DNA from: an uncultured Chloroflexia bacterium
GTDB lineage: Bacteria > Chloroflexota > Anaerolineae > Anaerolineales > Anaerolineaceae
Assembly: GCA_963704755.1 (NCBI GenBank)
Contig: OY969938.1
Span: forward strand, 3,480,001-3,512,000
DNA: 32,000 bases
Direction: 5' to 3'
Under the pieces are notes generated by a model. The model did no database searches, was not told the origin of the DNA, and saw only the letters and a list, made by a program, of their open reading frames with translations. Below, piece after piece: positions 25,896 through 32,000 of this stretch; the first letter of the stretch is position 1; every line of letters starts with the position of its first letter. The translations under genes were made by a program, and so were the position numbers.

Positions 25896-25946
25896 GCCGG
25901 CCTTGCTACCCCCCCCCGGCTTTGAAAGCCGGGCTACGGGCGGGCT
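25896..25946. repeat. truncated fifth array unit
   Basis: gccggccttgctacccccccccggctttgaaagccgggctacgggcgggct matches the first ~50 nt of the unit and then diverges. Confidence 0.85.
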
Positions 25947-26074
25947 ACGCCCGCTGGCGACCTTACCCATCTCCATCTTCTTGAGAAATCCATTTAAAAA
26001 ACCCGGATTGGCAATATCCTGCTGCCAAAAAAGTGTACAATAACAAACAAACCGGGCGCGTCAGACGTAAAACG

Positions 26075-26108
26075 ATGTACATGGGGGAACCCATGTACAT
26101 TTTTTATT
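26075..26108 (+). terminator. orphan rho-independent terminator
   Basis: Perfect 11-bp stem atgtacatggg (26075-26085) / cccatgtacat (26090-26100), loop ggaa, followed by tttttatt (26101-26108). No supported ORF upstream on this strand. Confidence 0.65.
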
Positions 26109-26306
26109 AATGGCCGGCCGGCGCTGTTCCCCTGATTGCGCGCAAAAAATAAACAATGGTCCAGGATCGGGTTCAGAAATCCCTGAATTTGATGTGTCTG
26201 TAGGACAATACCCAGAGAACACACCCAGTTTAGCGTACTTTCCTGTAGGTCTGGGCAGGCTTATTGAGGGAGGGATGAATTTTAGGTTAATTTTTGCGAC
26301 TCTATC

Positions 26307-26335
26307 TTGAAAATGCAGAAAGATATAGTTATAAT
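26307..26335 (+). promoter_or_regulatory. sigma70-type promoter for the plus-strand sugar cluster
   Basis: TTGAAA (26307-26312), 17-nt spacer, TATAAT (26330-26335). About 185 nt upstream of the ATG at 26521. Confidence 0.55.
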
Positions 26336-26520
26336 AATGTCATCCTGTAATAACATGTTCTTCCGTGTCTCTTGAACAACTAAATTTTACCCGTCTGGGC
26401 AGCGGCCGGTATGGGGTGTACCGGCTGTAGTTGAAGTGCGCCTCCAGACAAACATCAGTAAAAAGCCAGTTTCTGCAAATCACACATGACCGAAAATATC
26501 TTTGTATCAGGAGGAATCAA

Positions 26521-27381
26521 ATGAAGGTTGGGATCGACAGTTATTGCTATCACCGTTTCTTCGGCGAAGTCTATCCGGGGCAGAAGGTGCCGGCAAAGAA
26601 TATGACCATTTTCGATTTCCTAAAGCGGGCCAAGGAATTGGATGTCGATGCGGTTTCGCTGGAATCGTGCTTTTTGCCGAGCAAAGATGAGGGATGGCTG
26701 GGTGAATTGAAGGCCCAATTGGATGAGTACGGTTTTGATCGTGTGTATGCCTGGGGTCATCCGGATGGTCTGGAACGCGGCCAAAACATGGAAGCTTTCG
26801 ATGATATGATCGCCAGCATCCCGCGCGCCAAGGCGATCGGGGCGGATGTGATGCGCGTGGTGGGCAGCAGCCTGATGTTCCGGCACGAGCCGCATGGCCC
26901 GCAAATCGAGGCCTTGATCAAGCTGTTCAAAAAAGCGGCCAAAGTCGCCGAAGACCAGGGCGTCAAAGTAGCGGTCGAAAACCACATCGATTTCACCTCC
27001 GATGAAATCCTCCAGCTCCTGGAAGGAATCGGATCGGATAATTTTGGCTTGAATTTCGACACGGGCAATTTTCTGCGGCTGCTGGATGACCCGATCCGCG
27101 GGATGGAAAAGCTGGCTCCGTACGTTTTGGCCACCCACGTCAAAGACCTGATGCCCGACAAGAACGTCTCGCCGCTGGAATGGTCTTTCTTCGCCGGCGT
27201 CCCGGTCGGCCGCGGGCTGATCGATAACCAGAAGCTGGCCGAAATCCTTAATAAAGCCGGTTTCAAAGGATTCCTGGCGGTTGAAATCGACGCACCCCAC
27301 AGCGATTGGGTGGAGTGTGAAGATGAAGCGGTCGCGATCAGCATCCGCGAGCTCAAGAAAATCGTCGCTTCCTTGAACTAA
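26521..27381 (+). CDS. sugar phosphate isomerase/epimerase (xylose isomerase-like TIM barrel)
   Basis: ORF 26431-27381. The ATG at 26521 is preferred (AGGAGG at 26509-26514; MKVGIDSYCYHRFFG). VAVENH, LNFDTGNF and THVKD motifs. Confidence 0.8.
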   Translation: MKVGIDSYCYHRFFGEVYPGQKVPAKNMTIFDFLKRAKELDVDAVSLESCFLPSKDEGWLGELKAQLDEYGFDRVYAWGHPDGLERGQNMEAFDDMIASIPRAKAIGADVMRVVGSSLMFRHEPHGPQIEALIKLFKKAAKVAEDQGVKVAVENHIDFTSDEILQLLEGIGSDNFGLNFDTGNFLRLLDDPIRGMEKLAPYVLATHVKDLMPDKNVSPLEWSFFAGVPVGRGLIDNQKLAEILNKAGFKGFLAVEIDAPHSDWVECEDEAVAISIRELKKIVASLN

Positions 27382-27446
27382 GTCAGGAAAATGAACCTGA
27401 AAATCGCCACTTCTCTTGTTTTACCCTGTCGAAAGGAGAAGGTCAT

Positions 27447-28610
27447 TTGAAAACAGTAAATGTCGCCATCATCGGCACAAAATTTATGGGGAAGGCCCAT
27501 AGCAATGCCTGGACCTCGGCTCCAAAATTTTTCGAAACGCCGCTCAAGCCGGTATTGAAAGTGGCTTGTGGGCGGGATGAAAAAGGTACCGCTGAATTTG
27601 CCCGGAATTGGGGCTGGGAAGAAGTAGAGACCGACTGGCGCAAAGTAGTAAAGCGCCCGGACATCGATATCATCGATATCTGCACGCCTACTTACCTGCA
27701 CAAAGAGATTGCAGTGGCGGCGGCGCAGAACGGCAAACAAATCTTTTGCGAAAAGCCGCTGGCTTTGAATTACGGCGAAGCTAAAGAAATGTATGAAGCC
27801 GCCAAAAAAGCCGGGGTGCTCAATTACGTCAACCACAACTATCGCCGGGCTCCGGCGGTTGTGTTTGCGAAGCAGTTGATCGACGAAGGCAAGATCGGCC
27901 AGATCTTTCACTGGCGGGGCGCTTACCTCCAGGACTGGATCATGGACCCTAATTTCCCCTTGACCTGGCATCTCAAGAAAGAGATGGCCGGAGCCGGCCC
28001 GCATTATGATTTGAATTCGCACAGCCTGGACCTGGCCCGTTACCTGGTTGGCGACGTCGCCGCGGTCACATCGGTGATGAAGCAGTTCTACCAGAAGCGG
28101 CCTTTGCCGGGCGCCGGCGCCGGGACGTTCAAGTCCGGCTCGCAGGCCGGCGAAATGGCCGAGCAAACGGTCGAAGATGCAGCCTTCATGATTGCGGAAT
28201 TCGAAAACGGCGCGCTAGGGACCTTTGAGGCCTCTCGTTTTGCCGGCGGGCGCAAGAATTTCAACTATTTCGAAATCTACGGCAGCAAGGGCAGCCTGAT
28301 TTTCGATCTCGAGCGGATGAACGAGCTGCAGTATCTCAATCTCGAAGACCCGACGGATGAGCAGGGCTTCCGCACCATCCTGGTGACGAATTCCACCCAT
28401 CCCTATGTGGGGGGCTGGTGGCCGCCTGGGCATATTATCGGTTATGAGCACGAATTTATTCATGCAGTGGTGGATTTTCTCAAAGCCCTGGATGGAGGCA
28501 CGCCGATTGCGCCGAACTTCTATGATGGCATGAAAATTATGCAGGTACTGGAGGCGGGCATTCTGTCTGCCGCCTCTGGGTGCAGGATGGCCGTCAGCGA
28601 AGTTAAATAA
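27447..28610 (+). CDS. Gfo/Idh/MocA family oxidoreductase
   Basis: 387-aa ORF, TTG start with GGAG 8 nt upstream. VNVAIIGTKFMGKAH Rossmann N-terminus and CEKPLAL motif. Confidence 0.85.
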   Translation: MKTVNVAIIGTKFMGKAHSNAWTSAPKFFETPLKPVLKVACGRDEKGTAEFARNWGWEEVETDWRKVVKRPDIDIIDICTPTYLHKEIAVAAAQNGKQIFCEKPLALNYGEAKEMYEAAKKAGVLNYVNHNYRRAPAVVFAKQLIDEGKIGQIFHWRGAYLQDWIMDPNFPLTWHLKKEMAGAGPHYDLNSHSLDLARYLVGDVAAVTSVMKQFYQKRPLPGAGAGTFKSGSQAGEMAEQTVEDAAFMIAEFENGALGTFEASRFAGGRKNFNYFEIYGSKGSLIFDLERMNELQYLNLEDPTDEQGFRTILVTNSTHPYVGGWWPPGHIIGYEHEFIHAVVDFLKALDGGTPIAPNFYDGMKIMQVLEAGILSAASGCRMAVSEVK

Positions 28611-28787
28611 GAACAAACCTGCGATCGGGATGCCTGTCTTCAATTTGTAGGGAGGCGGGCATCCCGATTGCCCTGAAGAAATGGCTGGGATTGGCGGGCA
28701 GAGGCAGCGCACAATCTCATTTTCCGGATGCCTCCTGGTGTGTCTGTGAGAAGTAATCTGGAACGGATATTGGAGAAGAAGCAAAAA

Positions 28788-30119
28788 ATGAAGGCAAAAC
28801 TGGCGCCTGTTTATTACCGGGATCCGCAAGATCCGGATTTCGTCAAGCAGCTCGATAGTTTGAAAGCCTTGCTCGTGCAGGAAGCAGAGTTTTTGGAACC
28901 GGTCGCATTAGGCGCTCCGCTTAGCGGTGAAATCGACGCGGTCGTGTTCCCGCAAATGCTCGGGGATGCATACCAGCACGCGGCTGAAATTAAAGCGATT
29001 CCTTACCCCATCCTGGTCACCACCTCCGAGTTCGGTACGGTATCTATGTGGGACTGGGAGATCAACACTTTCCTGGCCGCGGAAGGCGTAAAAGTATTGG
29101 CGCCCTATAACCTGGAGCAGGCGCGCCAGATCTGCAGGGCGTGCGCCTTGAAGCGCGAACTGCGTACGGCCAAATTCCTGGTGTATCAAGACCAGCCGGG
29201 CGAGGGCTTCCAGGCTGAAATTTTCAAACGATTTTACTGGTGGGAAAAGAGCTGCGTTGACCAGTTACAGGAACGCTTCGGCATTACCGTGGTCAAAAAG
29301 AGCTTCAAGGAGATGGGTGAGCGGGCGCGCCAGATACCCGACACCGCAGCACAGGCCGTCTGGGAGGACTGGAGAGAGCGCATCCCGGTGGAGAACCTCT
29401 CGCAGAGAGCCATCCTGAACGCGATCAAGGTCTATATGGCCGTAAAGAGCGACCTGGATGCCGATCCGACGATTATCAGCGCCGGGATCAACTGCCTGAA
29501 CGAGTCCCAATATTCGAATTCGACCCCCTGCCTGGCCTGGAATATGCTCTTCGAAGACCAGCGCATTGTTTGGGGCTGTGAAGCCGACCTGGTGACCATG
29601 ATGACCGAGGTATTGATCGACCGTACCCTGGGTGTGCCCTTCATGATGACTAACCTGTACCCGTTTTTGATGGGGATGGCGGCGCTCAAGCACGAGCGCA
29701 TCCCTTATTTCCCGCAGGTCGAGACCGAGCCGGAGAACCATCTCCTGCTGGCCCATTGCGGCTATTTCGGCCTGCTGCCCCAGTCTTTTTCGACGAAGTG
29801 GAAGATGACCGAGAAAGTGCTGGCCATCGTGGACGATGACGCCCATGCCCTGGACGCACAACTGGCCGAAGGGGATATTACCCTGGTCAAGCTGATGCCG
29901 CCGTTCGATGCGATTTCGGTGGTTGAGGCAAAGATGGAGAAATATTACCAGTTCGAAAACTCCGATTGCCGCAACGGCGGCGTAATAACGGTGCCGGACG
30001 GGCATCGCATGATGCGAGAACTGGCCTCGCACCACTACATCGTCACAACCGGAAAGAACTTGCCTGATTTGGAATGGGTTGCCCGGGTCTTCGGCCTGGA
30101 TTGTCGCCAGATCCGCTGA
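28788..30119 (+). CDS. L-fucose/L-arabinose isomerase-like protein (tentative)
   Basis: ORF 28728-30119. The ATG at 28788 is preferred but the start is uncertain. The central region GINCLNESQYSNSTPCLAWNML...VWGCEADL resembles the sugar-isomerase fold of the FucI/AraA superfamily as I recall it. Family assignment is weak. Confidence 0.45.
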   Translation: MKAKLAPVYYRDPQDPDFVKQLDSLKALLVQEAEFLEPVALGAPLSGEIDAVVFPQMLGDAYQHAAEIKAIPYPILVTTSEFGTVSMWDWEINTFLAAEGVKVLAPYNLEQARQICRACALKRELRTAKFLVYQDQPGEGFQAEIFKRFYWWEKSCVDQLQERFGITVVKKSFKEMGERARQIPDTAAQAVWEDWRERIPVENLSQRAILNAIKVYMAVKSDLDADPTIISAGINCLNESQYSNSTPCLAWNMLFEDQRIVWGCEADLVTMMTEVLIDRTLGVPFMMTNLYPFLMGMAALKHERIPYFPQVETEPENHLLLAHCGYFGLLPQSFSTKWKMTEKVLAIVDDDAHALDAQLAEGDITLVKLMPPFDAISVVEAKMEKYYQFENSDCRNGGVITVPDGHRMMRELASHHYIVTTGKNLPDLEWVARVFGLDCRQIR

Positions 30120-30246
30120 GCACAAGAAATCAGCTTCCTTTGATTTGCACTTAAAACCGAACCAGAAATTCTATGGCTAAAACAAGGAAGAAAGTCGTAA
30201 AACTTATGACATATTTTTGCAAAAGTATGATAAATTTAAGCGTTAG

Positions 30247-30273
30247 TTGCAAAATATATGGCGTAAGTATAAT
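30247..30273 (+). promoter_or_regulatory. possible promoter of the ROK regulator gene
   Basis: TTGCAA (30247-30252), short 15-nt spacer, TATAAT (30268-30273). Repeated ttgcaaaa motifs at 30217-30224 and 30247-30254. Confidence 0.3.
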
Positions 30274-30321
30274 TCGTTCGGGTTTATGTTGTTGATACTT
30301 TTCAAATGGAGCTGAAGTAAT

Positions 30322-31563
30322 ATGCCAGACAATTTTGATGCCTTCCAACGTAAAGCAGAACCTCCCGAAAAATTTGCTCTTTCGAAAGAGGAGTGTTCGA
30401 TATTGGACGGGTTGAGGCAGTACGGTACCTTGGAACGCGCTCAACTTGTTGATCGGCTAGGCTTTTCCAGGGCGAAAATTTCTCAGATCGTCAATGAATT
30501 AATCGATAAGGGATTTATCGAGGATAAAGGCCTGGGTGAGTCCAGCGGTGGGAAAAGGCCAAAATTGCTGCGGATTAGTCCTACGGTCGGCTACCTTGCC
30601 GGGGTGGACATTGGCGCAACCAGCATCGATGTGGCCCTGGCCGATTTCACGGCCCAGATTATCGGGCACGTGGCAGTCCCGGCGAATGTTCGCAACGGGC
30701 CGGTGCCGGTCTTGTCCCAGGTCGCTGAACTGCTGATGGGCCTGGTCGAGGCGAACCATATTCCCGCTGACCAGGTGGTCAGTATGGCGATCGGCGTACC
30801 CGGCCCGGTGGATAGTTCGACCGGCCTGTTGATCAGCCCCCCGCTGATGCCAGGCTGGGACTCCTTCCCGATCGCCGAGTTTTTTGCCGAAAAATTCTCT
30901 TCTGCCAAGGTAATCGTGGACAACGATGCCAATCTGATGGCGCTGGGTGAGCTGTTTGCCGGGGTTGGCCAGGGTGTCGAAAACTTCATTTTCGTCAAGA
31001 TCGGCACCGGCATTGGGGCCGGCATTGTTTGCAAAGGGAAGCTTTACCGGGGTTCATCCGGCTGCGCCGGAGATGTGGGACACATTTGTGTCGATTGGAA
31101 CGGACCCAGGTGCCACTGTGGAAATGTGGGCTGTGTGGCCACGATGGCCGGTGGCACGGCGATCGCGGAGAAAGCTGTTGAAGCAGCGAAAAGCGGGAAC
31201 AGCCCCTTTTTGAATGCCCGCCTGGAGAAGAATGGCCGGTTGTCGGCTGAAGATGTGAGCGCAGCCATCGCCGAGGGTGACCTGACGGCTATGGAGATTA
31301 TCTGCGAGAGTGGCCGCCTGATCGGTTTGATGCTGGCCAGCGTAGTGAATTTCTTCAATCCAAAGTTGATCGTCATTGGCGGAGGAGTGACCAAGAGCGG
31401 AAATCATTTGTTGTCCAACATCCGCCAGACTGTGATTGGCCGCTCTTTGTCCCTTTCAACGCGCCACCTGCGTATCGAGTACTCGCGGCTGGGGGATAAA
31501 GCCGGCGTGACGGGTGCTATTGCTTTGGCTATCGAAAACCTTAATTGTGCCTTTTTGCCCTGA
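30322..31563 (+). CDS. ROK family transcriptional regulator
   Basis: 413-aa ORF. N-terminal wHTH, then ROK motifs GVPGPVD, DNDANLMALGE, GTGIGAGIV and the zinc motif GHICVDWNGPRCHCGNVGC. Confidence 0.85.
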   Translation: MPDNFDAFQRKAEPPEKFALSKEECSILDGLRQYGTLERAQLVDRLGFSRAKISQIVNELIDKGFIEDKGLGESSGGKRPKLLRISPTVGYLAGVDIGATSIDVALADFTAQIIGHVAVPANVRNGPVPVLSQVAELLMGLVEANHIPADQVVSMAIGVPGPVDSSTGLLISPPLMPGWDSFPIAEFFAEKFSSAKVIVDNDANLMALGELFAGVGQGVENFIFVKIGTGIGAGIVCKGKLYRGSSGCAGDVGHICVDWNGPRCHCGNVGCVATMAGGTAIAEKAVEAAKSGNSPFLNARLEKNGRLSAEDVSAAIAEGDLTAMEIICESGRLIGLMLASVVNFFNPKLIVIGGGVTKSGNHLLSNIRQTVIGRSLSLSTRHLRIEYSRLGDKAGVTGAIALAIENLNCAFLP

Positions 31564-31624
31564 TCGATCTGCCTGACGGTAAGTTACGAAAAAAAGGAAG
31601 TGAATCGTCGCCGAGGAATAACTA

Positions 31625-32000
31625 ATGATATCTGATGAACCAAAGAACTTCGCAAAACTCGACCTGTCGTCTGTGAAACGGGTGTTCCAACAGAACCAAG
31701 CCGTGATCGTTTGGACGGTTTTGATTGTGATGATTGGGATTGCAACCATCGCTTCACCGGCATTCCTAACTTCCAGGAATATGTTGAACATCTTACGCCA
31801 GGCAGCCGCGTTGGGAATTATCGCGATCGGCCAATCGTTCGCTTTATTAAGCCGCGGAGCGGACCTTTCACAGAGTGCCGTGATGACCTTGAGTGCCGTC
31901 GTCTCTTTCAAGATTTTGAACGGGCAGAATGAGCTGATCGTTCCGGTCATTCTGTGCTCGATGGCGCTGGGAGCCCTGGTGGGAATTTTCAATGGGGTCA
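31625..32000 (+). CDS. sugar ABC transporter permease (RbsC/XylH-like), 3'-truncated by window end
   Basis: Not in the ORF track because no stop is reached. ATG at 31625 with GAGGA 7 nt upstream. My translation: MISDEPKNFAKLDLSSVKRVFQQNQAVIVWTVLIVMIGIATIASPAFLTSRNMLNILRQAAALGIIAIGQSFALLSRGADLSQSAV..., typical of the N-terminus of monosaccharide ABC permeases. Confidence 0.75.
   Translation, partial: MISDEPKNFAKLDLSSVKRVFQQNQAVIVWTVLIVMIGIATIASPAFLTSRNMLNILRQAAALGIIAIGQSFALLSRGADLSQSAVMTLSAVVSFKILNGQNELIVPVILCSMALGALVGIFNGV

Noticed and set aside
25011-25925. Five overlapping plus-strand ORFs (73-123 aa) across the tandem array
   Set aside because: They are translations of the repeat. The unit length (202 bp) is not divisible by 3, so the frames drift between units. 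One ORF ends at a stop created by a single inter-unit difference. The peptides are low-complexity (Ala/Gly/Pro/Arg) and have no RBS.
24921-25946. CRISPR array
   Set aside because: Similarity is continuous along the whole ~200-bp unit, not short identical repeats separated by unique spacers. No cas genes or leader are present in the window.
25994-26224. 76-aa minus-strand ORF in the gap
   Set aside because: It runs straight through the terminator hairpin at 26075-26100. It has no RBS and no recognisable motif.
1-32000. tRNA, rRNA, riboswitch, transposase, integrase, toxin-antitoxin or known defence genes
   Set aside because: By eye I found no cloverleaf-compatible sequence with a T-loop consensus, no rRNA-like stretch, and no ORF with the corresponding protein motifs. 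This is absence by visual scan only and should be confirmed with tRNAscan-SE, Infernal/Rfam and HMM searches.

Overview
32-kb chromosomal segment, moderately GC-rich. Gene content and repeat style remind me of Chloroflexota/Anaerolineae-type genomes, but that is only an impression and cannot be verified here.

Gene order, left to right:
- Methylcitrate-cycle operon prpB (5'-truncated), prpC, prpD. prpD has an apparent +1 frameshift.
- About 1 kb of gene-free, repeat-dense spacer.
- TetR regulator, small membrane protein, membrane SRPBCC-like protein.
- EamA transporter, membrane fatty-acid desaturase, azlCD.
- Secreted phosphodiester-glycosidase-like protein.
- MOSC protein, small hypothetical, RlmI-like methyltransferase, DUF4342-like protein, RNase H-like protein.
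- A minus-strand carbohydrate/polyol catabolic operon headed by a GntR regulator: FGGY kinase (frameshifted), Gfo/Idh/MocA, Zn-ADH, phosphotriesterase-like, cupin-type PGI, 2-hydroxyacid dehydrogenase, KDPG aldolase, shikimate-DH-like.
- A 1.8-kb gene-free gap.
- A plus-strand sugar cluster: TIM-barrel isomerase/epimerase, Gfo/Idh/MocA, fucose-isomerase-like, ROK regulator, ABC permease cut by the window end.

I saw no rRNA, tRNA, CRISPR, transposase, integrase or recognisable defence genes.

The unusual content is non-coding:
1. A tandem array of four ~202-bp hairpin-rich units (24921-25946), bracketed by 83-bp direct repeats, lying between two near-consensus divergent promoters. An orphan intrinsic terminator lies downstream.
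2. Several families of long perfect palindromes in intergenic regions. Copies differ from each other, yet every substitution is mirrored on the opposite arm, and several are capped by the GCGAAGC mini-hairpin sequence.
3. A ~140-bp MITE-like element in two inverted copies, one flanked by a 12-bp direct duplication.
4. CACGGAG-heptad hairpins at gene 3' ends.

All coordinates and counts were derived by hand from the sequence. No database search was possible.
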